From an uncultured Gemmatimonadaceae bacterium (lineage in GTDB: Bacteria; Gemmatimonadota; Gemmatimonadetes; Gemmatimonadales; Gemmatimonadaceae): a stretch of 64,000 bases of DNA. The DNA is taken from the NCBI GenBank assembly GCA_963817955.1, contig CAWFQK010000002.1, positions 576,001 to 640,000 of the forward strand. Direction: 5' to 3'. The position numbers and the translations under genes were made by a program. This document shows, piece by piece, positions 11,035-20,615 of this stretch. The first letter of the stretch is position 1. Every line of letters starts with the position of its first letter. The notes beneath the pieces are model-generated. The model was given only the letters and a program-made list of their open reading frames with translations, did no database searches and had not been told where the DNA came from.

Positions 11035-12748
11035 AAAGGCCAGGAGCCGGATCCTCGGTTGGTATTACGCCCTGAAATATCGCGTATTCCGCCGCGAGCG
11101 GCGACCCGCCGACGGAAAACGTGGTCTCGTCATGTTGCAGATCGACGCCCTCCCGTACGCCGAGCTGCGGCGCGCCATCGAATTGGGCTACTGCCCGACC
11201 ATCGAACGGATGGTGCGCGAGGAAGGGTACATCCTGCGCGATTGGTTTTGTGGCCTTCCCGCGGCCACCCCCTACTGCCAGGCAGGCATCTTCCATGGCG
11301 AAAATGAAGGAATCCCCGGCTTTCGGTTCTACGACAAGGCCGAGCGTCGCGTGGTCACCTGCAACTCGCCGGCGGGCGTTCAGTACATCCGCGATCGTAT
11401 CCACACCCCCGGCGCGCTCGCCGGCGGATCGAGCTACGTCAACTTGCTCGACGGCGACGCGCATACTGTCGCGTTGACCGTCGCCACGCGCGAGCGGATG
11501 TCGGTCTTGCAGCGCCTCGGCGGCTGGCGGATGGCATTTCTCATTGGCGTGCATCCCATTCGCGTGGCACGCATGGCGGTGCAGGCGGTGTTGGAGTGGG
11601 TACGCGAGGAATACGAACGAGCAGTCGGCGAGCTCGCGGGCCGGCGCACGCACAGCGAAGGGCTGTTCCCGTTCGTCCGCGTACTCAGCAACGTCATCGT
11701 GCGCGAGCTGCAGACGATGGCGATCTTGCTCGATGTGTACCTGGGCGTGCCGATCATCTACAGCACGTTCATGCAGTACGACGAGCTCGGACACCACTTT
11801 GGTCCATCGAGTTTCCAGGCGCTGCGCGATCTGCGACGCACCGACCGGCGCATTCGTGAAATTCGCCGCATGATGGGGAACGCCGGTGGCCGCGAGTACG
11901 ATCTCGTGCTGCTCTCTGACCATGGCATGACGCCATCGGCGAGCTATCGCGTGCGCTTCGGCGAGACCTTCGGCAAGACGGTCAAGCGCATTCTCGACGG
12001 CGACGCGCGCCGTCGCGGCAACCACCCATTGCACGCGTACGAGAGCTACTCGAATACGTCGGAGTACGCGGTCATGAGCGCGCAGGTCGTGGAGACGGCT
12101 GCACAGGTCGCATCGCCCTCACCCGCCGTACGCCGCATACTCGACCGACTGCGCGATTGGTTGCGCAGTCGCTATGGCCTGCGCGAGCTTTTTCTGCCGG
12201 AGAAGTACCGGGTCGACGAGGAGCACGAGGTGGTCGTGACGTACAGTTCGTGTCTGGCCCTGCTGTACTTTGCCGACGACGACAAACCGCTCGACCTCAC
12301 GGACATCGCGCGCGATCCGCGGCGGGCGGGCTTGTATCTCGAACTGCTCCAGCATCCCGGCGTCGGACTGCTCGCCACCCGCAACGGACCGTCCGTACAC
12401 CTGGAGAGTCCAATCGGGCGCGCGATCATAGTAGACGGACGGCTAGAAGTACTCGACGGGCGCAATCCGCTCGAGCGTTACGAGACGGGTGAGCCGACCG
12501 TTCGCGCGGTGGAGCACCTCGTGTCCCAGCGGAACGCCGGCGACGTCACGATCTTCGGGGCCTATGACGGATACGAGATCGTGTCCTTCGATGATCAAAT
12601 CGGCGCGCACGGGGCTGTGGGTGGCAACCAGCTGCACCCATTCCTCATCGGGCCACCGCATCTCGGGCTCGAGCACGCGCAACTGGAGGATGCGCGCGAT
12701 CTGCATGGGGCAATCTTGATGAAGTATGCCACCGAACGCGGTCCCTGA
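11015..12748 (+). CDS. Alkaline phosphatase superfamily (nucleotide pyrophosphatase/phosphodiesterase-like) protein
   Basis: LQIDAL, YDELGHHFGP, LLSDHG, GAHG; start could be 10949-11015. Confidence 0.75.
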   Translation: MPEAGGRKARSRILGWYYALKYRVFRRERRPADGKRGLVMLQIDALPYAELRRAIELGYCPTIERMVREEGYILRDWFCGLPAATPYCQAGIFHGENEGIPGFRFYDKAERRVVTCNSPAGVQYIRDRIHTPGALAGGSSYVNLLDGDAHTVALTVATRERMSVLQRLGGWRMAFLIGVHPIRVARMAVQAVLEWVREEYERAVGELAGRRTHSEGLFPFVRVLSNVIVRELQTMAILLDVYLGVPIIYSTFMQYDELGHHFGPSSFQALRDLRRTDRRIREIRRMMGNAGGREYDLVLLSDHGMTPSASYRVRFGETFGKTVKRILDGDARRRGNHPLHAYESYSNTSEYAVMSAQVVETAAQVASPSPAVRRILDRLRDWLRSRYGLRELFLPEKYRVDEEHEVVVTYSSCLALLYFADDDKPLDLTDIARDPRRAGLYLELLQHPGVGLLATRNGPSVHLESPIGRAIIVDGRLEVLDGRNPLERYETGEPTVRAVEHLVSQRNAGDVTIFGAYDGYEIVSFDDQIGAHGAVGGNQLHPFLIGPPHLGLEHAQLEDARDLHGAILMKYATERGP

Positions 12749-12755
12749 TGTCGGG

Positions 12756-13166
12756 TCAGGCCTGCGTCTTTGCCGCGAGGAGCGCGCGCACGTTGTCTCC
12801 CTCGAGTCGCGTCACCTCGTCCACGTCGCCCGAGCGGCGCTGTACGCCGCGCACGACCACGTCCACTGTTACCAGCGGCGCGTCGGCCTCGGCAACGATG
12901 TTCGTCTCCCACTTCCCGCGGTCCGGCCCCTTGAGCGTGAGACGGTAGAGCGCGGTATAGACGACGTGCTTCGGCGCATTCGTTTCAGCGCTCGATTCGC
13001 CGGGTAGTTCGCCGGTCGGCCGCGCTTCGGCGATCACCGCGACCCCGCTCTCCACGCCGCCCTGCTTGATCGGCTGGAAGAAGTGAATCTCGGCGATGAA
13101 TTCGGGGGGGATCTTGGCCGCGATCGCGAGCAGAAACCGCTCACGAGTTTCCGTCAACACCGTCAT
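12756..13166 (-). CDS. Hypothetical protein
   Basis: ATGA coupling to upstream gene; normal protein composition. Confidence 0.7.
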   Translation of the reverse strand: MTVLTETRERFLLAIAAKIPPEFIAEIHFFQPIKQGGVESGVAVIAEARPTGELPGESSAETNAPKHVVYTALYRLTLKGPDRGKWETNIVAEADAPLVTVDVVVRGVQRRSGDVDEVTRLEGDNVRALLAAKTQA

Positions 13167-14287
13167 CGCACCGCGGTTTCTGGACGCACGCGCACTGGTG
13201 CCGTTCTCGCTTCGAGCTCGCGTTCCACGTAGATCCGCAAGATGTGCATGAAATCCTGGGCGTTGGTCACGACGCCGAACGCCTGATGGGTTCCACGGTC
13301 TTTGAGCTTGTTGACGACGAACTCCGAGGAGTCGACGCAAATGGTCGGCAGCTCACGCATGGTGCCGTCTGGCAGCGCCACGAACGCCGGTAGCATATTG
13401 CCTGTGGCAATGGCATGCAGCGCAGTGGCGACCATGATCGCCATTGTCGCCTTGAGCGTATGCTGCCGCATGGCGTCCTGCGCGACGAGCATGTCGGTGA
13501 TGACGTCGGGCAGTGGCCCATCGTCGCGAATCGATCCCGTCAGCACGAAGGGCACGCCGTACGTGACGCACGAGTACATGATGCCGTCGGTGATGACCCC
13601 CTGCTGCACGGCATTCGCGACGGATCCCGCCGCGCGCACGCGATTGATCGCCCGCATGTGGAGGCCGTGGCCGCCCTGGGTGATCTCGCCGGTGTTCGTC
13701 ATGCCAAGCGTCGTTCCGTAGATGGACGCTTCGATATCATGCACCGCGACGGCATTGCCGGCGAGCAACGCACCGACGTACCCGTTGGCAATGAACCAGC
13801 TCATGTCGCTGCGCGCGCGCGAATGCACCAACGCCGGCCCGGTCACCCAGATCGGATATCCGCCGCGATCCTTCTCTTCGATGAGGAGGCGCGCCATCTG
13901 CGCGTAGTCGATCGGCTTTTCGCGGGACACTTCACTCGACATGAACGCGAATGCATCGGGATCACCGCCATGCGGCACGAGATGTGTCTGCACAAAGATG
14001 CCCTGCGTGCCATCTTCCTTGTCGCCGACCGCGACCAGGTCACCCTTCCGGATGCGACGGCCTTCGCGCACCCAGAGCGTTCCGTCTGCGTCGAGCACGA
14101 GACCCGAATCCATTCGCGGCTCGCGCGGCGCACGCCACTCCCCCTTCACACGCGCGAAGGTCGGCAGATTGGTCGTCGAGAAGAACCCTTCCGGAAGCAC
14201 GCCATCAGCCGGTGCCGCTACAAAGCTGGCATCAGGGAAGTTCGGAAAGGGCGCGCGAGTGAAGTCAGGAGGAGGAAATGTCGTCAC
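13163..14287 (-). CDS. TIGR00300 / LOR-SDH family protein (ornithine cyclodeaminase-like, related to ArgZ/AgrE C-terminus)
   Basis: APADGVLPEGFFSTTN, FMSSEVSREK, GNAVAVHDIE, GSIRDDGPLP, LHAIATGN, KLKDRG. Confidence 0.8.
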   Translation of the reverse strand: MTTFPPPDFTRAPFPNFPDASFVAAPADGVLPEGFFSTTNLPTFARVKGEWRAPREPRMDSGLVLDADGTLWVREGRRIRKGDLVAVGDKEDGTQGIFVQTHLVPHGGDPDAFAFMSSEVSREKPIDYAQMARLLIEEKDRGGYPIWVTGPALVHSRARSDMSWFIANGYVGALLAGNAVAVHDIEASIYGTTLGMTNTGEITQGGHGLHMRAINRVRAAGSVANAVQQGVITDGIMYSCVTYGVPFVLTGSIRDDGPLPDVITDMLVAQDAMRQHTLKATMAIMVATALHAIATGNMLPAFVALPDGTMRELPTICVDSSEFVVNKLKDRGTHQAFGVVTNAQDFMHILRIYVERELEARTAPVRVRPETAVR

Positions 14288-14371
14288 GCCTGAATTTGGC
14301 ACGGGAGGCGGAATTTTGCGAGGATTGGCCTCCGGGTCGTGTCCCACTCCTCATCGATCGTCCACAATCCC

Positions 14372-16633
14372 CTACAACAACGCCACCGGATCCCGGTCCA
14401 TCGTGATCCTCATCTCGGCTTCCTTCGGCACATCGTACCGCTCCAGAAAGTACCGACCCAATCGTGTCAACTCCGTCGCGTGCTCGGCTTTGATGAGCAC
14501 ATGCCACCGCCAGCGATTCTTGATCCGTTCAACGGGGCACGGGGCGGGGCCAACTATCGTGATGCCGGGCATGGGCCGCTTGAGGAGCAGTGCGCGAAGC
14601 CATGCCGTCGCCGCGGCGGCCAACCTCTCCGTCGCGGCCTCAGTGGTGCCGCTGAACACGATGTTCGCCAGCCGTACGGTCGGCGGATATGCTGGTGTCA
14701 CGCGTCCTTCGAGTTCCTGACGAACGAAAGTCGCGTAGTCATGCAGGACGGCACAATGGACCGCATGATGATTGGGCACTCTCGTCTGGATGAGCACCCG
14801 GCCGCCTTTGGGTCCCCGGCCGGCGCGGCCGGCCACTTGGCTGAGGAGCTGGAAGCAACGCTCCGAGGCGCGAAAATCGGGGAAGTTGATGCCAACATCG
14901 GCGTCCACGACGCCGACGAGCGTGACGTTCGGGAAATCGAGTCCCTTGGCAATCATTTGAGTGCCGAGCAGGATGTCCACCTCGCCGCTGGCGACCCGAT
15001 CGAGTATCTCGGCATGCGCCCATTTGCCGCTCGTGGTATCCACGTCCATGCGCGCGATGCACGCCTCGGGGAATCGGTCGGCCAGAAGACGCTCGACCTG
15101 CTGCGTGCCGAGTCCGCGCTGCCGAATGACGAGTCCCTTGCAGCGTGGGCAGGACGTGCGCACCGCCTCGGTGTGAAGACAATAGTGGCAAACGAGGCGC
15201 TCGAGCGTGCGGTGATACGTGAGGCTGATCGAGCAGTTGGGACAGGTGGCAACGTCGCCGCAGTCGCCGCACTGCACGAATGCCGCGTATCCGCGGCGGT
15301 TGAGCAGGAGAATGCTCTGCTCCCTCTTTCGCAGACGATCGGACAGCGCCGACTCGAGCTCCTCGCTGACCACCTGGCGCAGAAAGTCCTCGGCGCTGCC
15401 GTCCGTGGCCTTGCGACGCTCGCCGGCCGGCACGCGCCGGTCGATGACTTCCACCTTCGGCAGCTTCGCCTCGCCAACACGCTCGGGCAGTGTCAGCAAA
15501 TGGTACTTTCCGGTTTGCGCATTGACCCAGCTCTCCAGACTCGGCGTTGCCGAACCCAGGACGACGACGGCGCCCTCGTTGCGCGCGCGAACGATGGCGA
15601 CCTCGCGCGCGTGGTAGCGTGGCGTCTCGCCCTGCTTATAGCTGGATTCGTGCTCCTCGTCGACGACGATCGCGCCGAGGCCGGTGAGCGGCGCGAAGAT
15701 CGCCGACCGTGCGCCGACCGCGATCCGCTTGCGACCCTCCTTGATCGCCAGCCATTCGTCGTACCGCTCGCCGTCGCTCAGCGCGCTGTGGAGTACGGCG
15801 ATCTTGTCGCCGAAGACGGCACGAAATCGGTCCACCGTCTGCGGCGTGAGCGCGATCTCCGGCACGAGGACGATTGCCGTCTTGCCCTGCTCGAGCACCA
15901 CGCGGCGCAGCAGCTCGATGTAGACGAGCGTCTTGCCGCTTCCGGTGATGCCATGTAGAAGAAATACGTCGCCCGGCGCCGCGCTCGTGAGTTGTTGAAT
16001 CGCCTCGCGCTGCGCATCGGACGGCAGGTGGGCCGCCGGCGCCGGCGTCGCGCGCGACGCGAACGGATCACGTGCCACGACCTCCTCGCCGACGGTCATG
16101 AAGCCGCGCGCCACGAGTCCGCGCAGCACCGATGACGAAAAACTCATGCGTTGCGTCAGCAGCTCCACCGGAGCGCGCCCGCCGAGGGATTCGATCAGCT
16201 CGAACAGCGCGCGCTGTTGCGGCGCACGGGCAAACACGCGATCACGGGCGAGCAGCGACGGCAATTCCTGTTGCAGCGTGGCGACACGACGTGTGCGGCG
16301 TGCCGGCTCCGGCGTCGCGCGCGACGAGAGGACGGCGGGGAGCGCGGTGCGGAGCACGATGCCGAGCGGCACGATGTAGTACTCGGCAATCCACCGGCAG
16401 AGCGACAGCATCTCGGGAGCGAGCACCGGCTCGGTGTCAGGAAGTGACACGACCCGCTTGGGAGTGACGCCAGGCGCCGGCTCGTCCACGGCGACGATGA
16501 TCCCCAATTCCTGTCGGCTGCGAAATGGGACAATCGCACGCATACCGGGACGCACGCGCTCCGATTGCGCGCCGTCGACCTCGTACACAAAATTTCGGAA
16601 TAGCGGCAGCGGAAGGGCGACGGTGACGAGCAC
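14372..16633 (-). CDS. priA: Primosomal protein N' (replication restart helicase)
   Basis: GITGSGKT, VPEIALTPQ, DEEH, LNRRGY, Cys-rich zinc region, QVAGRAGR. Confidence 0.97.
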   Translation of the reverse strand: MLVTVALPLPLFRNFVYEVDGAQSERVRPGMRAIVPFRSRQELGIIVAVDEPAPGVTPKRVVSLPDTEPVLAPEMLSLCRWIAEYYIVPLGIVLRTALPAVLSSRATPEPARRTRRVATLQQELPSLLARDRVFARAPQQRALFELIESLGGRAPVELLTQRMSFSSSVLRGLVARGFMTVGEEVVARDPFASRATPAPAAHLPSDAQREAIQQLTSAAPGDVFLLHGITGSGKTLVYIELLRRVVLEQGKTAIVLVPEIALTPQTVDRFRAVFGDKIAVLHSALSDGERYDEWLAIKEGRKRIAVGARSAIFAPLTGLGAIVVDEEHESSYKQGETPRYHAREVAIVRARNEGAVVVLGSATPSLESWVNAQTGKYHLLTLPERVGEAKLPKVEVIDRRVPAGERRKATDGSAEDFLRQVVSEELESALSDRLRKREQSILLLNRRGYAAFVQCGDCGDVATCPNCSISLTYHRTLERLVCHYCLHTEAVRTSCPRCKGLVIRQRGLGTQQVERLLADRFPEACIARMDVDTTSGKWAHAEILDRVASGEVDILLGTQMIAKGLDFPNVTLVGVVDADVGINFPDFRASERCFQLLSQVAGRAGRGPKGGRVLIQTRVPNHHAVHCAVLHDYATFVRQELEGRVTPAYPPTVRLANIVFSGTTEAATERLAAAATAWLRALLLKRPMPGITIVGPAPCPVERIKNRWRWHVLIKAEHATELTRLGRYFLERYDVPKEAEMRITMDRDPVALL

Positions 16634-16639
16634 GCCCGT

Positions 16640-16645
16640 AAGCTA
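16640..16645 (-). promoter_or_regulatory. -10 box TAGCTT 6 nt before priA start (leaderless)
   Basis: aagcta on + strand; same spacing at three other genes. Confidence 0.55.
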
Positions 16646-16654
16646 GTGACCTGC

Positions 16655-16935
16655 ACGTAGGTCATGTGAGGCTGAGTCGGATTGGGCTCCGGGGCATTGA
16701 CCGGCTGGATGTCGCTGGCGACTCCGTAGCAGCCGGCCTGCCGGCGCAGCGATCGCGAGGCGGGGGTTGGACTCCCGGCTCAATTCTGGCTGGATGTCGC
16801 TGGCTGCTCCGTAGCGGTCGGCCCACCGGTCGGCGAGGTTCGAGTTGCCAGTTGTGAGTTGTGCGTTGTGAGTTTCTCGTGTCTCGTGTCTCGTGTCTCG
16901 TGTCTCGTGTCTCGTGTTCCGTGTCCCGTGTCCCT
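16655..16935. repeat. Composite dispersed repeat copy 2 (core unit duplicated, longer heptamer tail)
   Basis: GGCTGGATGTCGCTGGC..CTCCGTAGC occurs twice; TCGTGTC array follows. Confidence 0.9.
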
Positions 16936-16992
16936 TTCGGGTCGATGTTGATGAAGTTCCACCGGCGTCCTGTGCCAACTCATTCTGAGCCA

Positions 16993-18570
16993 ATGTCACT
17001 GACAATCAGACATTCCCGACGAATCGCGCTCCTCGCACTGTCCATGGCCTCTGTTCCCGCACTCGGCGGAGCGCAGGCGACGACGCCGCAAGGATTGCGA
17101 TCGGCCGTAGCCAGCTACCGAGCGTCACACGATGCAGCCATCGTCCGCGAGCTGAGCGATTTTCTCGCGATCCCGAACCTCGCGACCGACACGGCCAACA
17201 TTCGGCGTAATGCCACGCATCTGATGGACATGATGACGCCGCGGGGAATTTCGGTGCGCCTGCTCGAGTCGCCGAGCGGTGGGCCACCGGCGGTGTATGG
17301 TGAACTGGTAACGCCTGGCGCAACGAAAACCGTCGTCTTCTACGCACACTACGACGGACAGCCGGTGGATACGACGCAGTGGACGACCCCCCCCTGGCAA
17401 CCAGTGCTGCGCGATAAAACGCTCGAAGCGGGAGGGAAACCGATCGACATTCCAGCAGCATCTGGTTCGATGAATGGCGAGTGGCGCCTGTACGGGCGCT
17501 CGGCGAGCGACGACAAGGCGCCGATCGTCGCGATGCTCAGCGCGTTGGACGCGCTCCGAGCCAGTAGCGTGAAGCCGTCGGTGAACCTCAAGTTCTTTTT
17601 CGAAGGCGAGGAGGAAGCCGGCTCGGGACATCTGCGCGAACTGCTCGAGCGCAACGCCGCTCTGCTCCACGCCGACGCATGGCTGTTCGGTGACGGACCC
17701 GTGCATCAGTCGCGACGCCAGCAGATCGTGTTCGGCGTGCGCGGCGTGACGGGGGTGGAGATGACCGTCTACGGACCGTCACACGGCCTCCATAGTGGCC
17801 ATTACGGGAATTGGGCGCCGAACCCGATCACGTTGCTCGCCAATCTCATCGCCAGCATGCGCAACGATGACGGCCGCATTCTCATCAAGCATTTCTATGA
17901 CGACGTCGCGCCAATCACCGCCGCCGAGCGGCGGGCACTGGCCGCCGTTCCGGCGATCGACTCGGCAATGCGCGCCGAGGTACAGCTGGCGGCGACGGAG
18001 GCGAGCAACGCACCGCTCGTCGAGCGCATCATGCTTCCGGCCCTGAACCTGCGCGGTATTCGCGGCGGTGGCGTGGGCAGCACGGCGTCGAACACCATTC
18101 CCACAGACGCGACGGCGTCGATCGACTTTCGCCTCGTGCCACGCCAGACGCCGGCGCACATCAAGCTGCTGCTCGAAACACACGCGCGGTCGCAGGGGTT
18201 CTTCGTCGTCGATCACACGCCGACCGCCGCGGAGCGGATGACCCATGCGAAACTTCTCAAGATGACGTGGGAATCCGGGTACCCGGCCACGCGGGTATCG
18301 ATGGACTCACCGCTGTCGCGCGCCGTGATCCGCGCCACCCAAGAGTCGATTGCCACGCCAATCGTGGCGCTGCCGACGCTGGGCGGCAGCTTGCCGATGT
18401 ACACCTTCGAAAGCGTGCTCCACGCACCGCTCATCGTGCTGCCGATCGTCAACCACGACAACAATCAGCACGCGGCCAACGAGAACCTGCGGCTGCAGAA
18501 TCTGTTCGACGGCATGGCGGTGTACGCCGGAGTCATGGCACGCGTAGGGCAGTACTGGAGTTCGCGGTAA
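16993..18570 (+). CDS. Secreted M20/M25/M40 family metallopeptidase
   Basis: Signal peptide, YAHYDGQP, GRSASDDK, EGEEE, HSGHYG, QHAANE. Confidence 0.9.
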   Translation: MSLTIRHSRRIALLALSMASVPALGGAQATTPQGLRSAVASYRASHDAAIVRELSDFLAIPNLATDTANIRRNATHLMDMMTPRGISVRLLESPSGGPPAVYGELVTPGATKTVVFYAHYDGQPVDTTQWTTPPWQPVLRDKTLEAGGKPIDIPAASGSMNGEWRLYGRSASDDKAPIVAMLSALDALRASSVKPSVNLKFFFEGEEEAGSGHLRELLERNAALLHADAWLFGDGPVHQSRRQQIVFGVRGVTGVEMTVYGPSHGLHSGHYGNWAPNPITLLANLIASMRNDDGRILIKHFYDDVAPITAAERRALAAVPAIDSAMRAEVQLAATEASNAPLVERIMLPALNLRGIRGGGVGSTASNTIPTDATASIDFRLVPRQTPAHIKLLLETHARSQGFFVVDHTPTAAERMTHAKLLKMTWESGYPATRVSMDSPLSRAVIRATQESIATPIVALPTLGGSLPMYTFESVLHAPLIVLPIVNHDNNQHAANENLRLQNLFDGMAVYAGVMARVGQYWSSR

Positions 18571-18579
18571 CACGCCGTG

Positions 18580-19608
18580 TTACAGTATCCGCCGTAGCAC
18601 CCCAAGCCCCGGTCCTGACGGGATGCTGATACGCCCACCAACGATGGTCGCTCCGGTGTACGGATCGTCGGCAAGCAGGGCAGCGCCGTCGAAGTCGGCG
18701 TAGTCGAGCAGCGGTGCGAAATGCGCGGCGGCGGTGATGCCGAGGCTCGTCTCGATCATGCAGCCGGCCATGACGAGCATCCCGTGCGATCGTGCGGTGG
18801 CGATCATCTTCAGCGCTTCGCGCAGGCCGCCACACTTCGACAGCTTGATGTTGATGCCGTCGGCGACGCCCGCGAGCTTGGGGATGTCGGTGGCGACCAC
18901 GCACGATTCGTCGGCAATGATAGACAGCGGCGCGCGGTCGCGCACGAAACGGAGACCATCGAGATCGTGCGGCGGAAGCGGTTGCTCGACATAGTCCACG
19001 CCGCACTCGACCAGCACATCCATCATGGCCAGCGCCTGCTTTGGCGTCCACGCCGCGTTGGCGTCGACGCGCAACACCTTGTCGGGCGCGGCCGCGCGGA
19101 CGGTGCGCACGATCTGCTCGTCGTGATCCGTGCCGAGCTTCACCTTGAGCACGGGATACGCCGAGGCCTGTTCCACGCGCTGCCGCAGCTCAGCGTCGGA
19201 CGCTGCGATGGAGATGGTGAAGCTCGACAGCGGCGCCTTGGCCGGATCGAGTCCCCACAACCGGTACAGCGGCACGCCGAGCCGCTTACCGGCCAGATCG
19301 TGCATGGCGGCACTGATCGCCGATTTCACCGAGCCGTTGAAGCGCAGCGCACGGTTCATCTCCAACTCCACGTCCTCGAGCGCCCAGGCGTCGCACGCCT
19401 CGACGATCGGCTTCAGACGCTCGAGCGCGCCGAGCGCGGTGTCCGCCGTTTCGCCATAGAAGCGATTCGGGGCCGCTTCCCCCCACCCCTCCACGCCGTC
19501 GCGGTCAATGACGCGTACGCGGATCAGCCGGTGCTCCGTTGCGCCGCCACGGGCGATGACGAACGGGTGGGTCGTATGGACGATCGAGATGTCGTGCTGG
19601 AGTTTCAT
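18580..19608 (-). CDS. Dipeptide epimerase (L-Ala-D/L-Glu epimerase, enolase superfamily)
   Basis: GWGEA, KVKLG, VDAN, EQP, DES, NIKLSKCGG, GCMIET, DFDG. Confidence 0.9.
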   Translation of the reverse strand: MKLQHDISIVHTTHPFVIARGGATEHRLIRVRVIDRDGVEGWGEAAPNRFYGETADTALGALERLKPIVEACDAWALEDVELEMNRALRFNGSVKSAISAAMHDLAGKRLGVPLYRLWGLDPAKAPLSSFTISIAASDAELRQRVEQASAYPVLKVKLGTDHDEQIVRTVRAAAPDKVLRVDANAAWTPKQALAMMDVLVECGVDYVEQPLPPHDLDGLRFVRDRAPLSIIADESCVVATDIPKLAGVADGINIKLSKCGGLREALKMIATARSHGMLVMAGCMIETSLGITAAAHFAPLLDYADFDGAALLADDPYTGATIVGGRISIPSGPGLGVLRRIL

Positions 19609-20612
19609 GGGATGGGAGAAGGTCGGCTGCGCCGGGCGTTACTGGCCATGCGGTACGCCGGCGCAGCGGCGGGAAGTGCGCGCAGGAATGCGACGAGCGC
19701 GTCGGCAAGATCGTGGCCGCGTGCATAGCGCGCGGCCGGCGCCTTGGAGAGGCAACGCATCACGATTGCCGATAGCTCGGCGGGCACGCGCGAGCTCGCA
19801 TCGATTGGTGCGACCGGCGCTTCGTGCACCTGTTTGTAACTGACGGCAAACGCATCTGCGCCATCGAATGGTGGAAACCCGACGAGCGCTTCGTAGAGCA
19901 GAATGCCCATCGCATAAATGTCGCTGCGCCCGTCCACGAGCTTGCCCATCGCCTGCTCGGGCGACATGTAGTGCGGCGTACCCATTGCGCGACCCGTGGC
20001 CGTGAGACGGGCATGGAAGCGCGCCGTCGCGATGCCAAAGTCCGTGAGCACCGAGTTGCCATCTTCGTCGAACAGCACATTGTCCGGCTTGACGTCGCGG
20101 TGCACGACCCCGCGGCGGTGCGCGTAATCCAGCCCGCACGCCACCTGCGCTCCGACCGCCGCGACACGGGCCGCGTCGACGAAACGGCTCTTCTGGATGG
20201 CATCGGCCAACGAACCGCCCTCGAGATACGGCATGACGGTGTAGACGACTTCGTTCGTGGCGCCGTAGTCGAGAATGCCACAGATGTGCGGATGGACGAG
20301 CTTTGCCGCCGCTTCCGCTTCGCGCCGGAACCGCTCGGCCACCTCCCGGTCGCGCGCGAGGTGCGCGTGCAACACCTTGATGACCACTGGACGCGAAAGC
20401 TGCGTCTGCTCGGCGACGTACACGTCGGCCATGCCGCCACCGCCTATGCGCCGCAGCACGCGATAGCGATTGCCGGTGGCGCGGCGGAGGCGCGAGATGT
20501 CCTCGTCAGGACATTCGAACGGCGCGCGCGCGAGTTGGGGCAGAATTTCCGCGCATCGAACACACGCCGCCAGCGAGGCGCGATTCCACGTGCCGCATTG
20601 CGGACAGAACAC
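19605..20612 (-). CDS. Hanks-type Ser/Thr kinase with N-terminal zinc ribbon
   Basis: CPQC..CVRC; GGGGMADV, HRDVKPDN, DFG, GTPHYMSPEQ. Confidence 0.93.
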   Translation of the reverse strand: MFCPQCGTWNRASLAACVRCAEILPQLARAPFECPDEDISRLRRATGNRYRVLRRIGGGGMADVYVAEQTQLSRPVVIKVLHAHLARDREVAERFRREAEAAAKLVHPHICGILDYGATNEVVYTVMPYLEGGSLADAIQKSRFVDAARVAAVGAQVACGLDYAHRRGVVHRDVKPDNVLFDEDGNSVLTDFGIATARFHARLTATGRAMGTPHYMSPEQAMGKLVDGRSDIYAMGILLYEALVGFPPFDGADAFAVSYKQVHEAPVAPIDASSRVPAELSAIVMRCLSKAPAARYARGHDLADALVAFLRALPAAAPAYRMASNARRSRPSPIP

Positions 20613-20615
20613 GCG

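Noticed and set aside
16643..17005. ORFs and N-terminal extensions reading HETRDTR / SRVSCLV (also at 4326, 6300, 39856)
   Set aside because: Translations of the non-coding heptamer arrays
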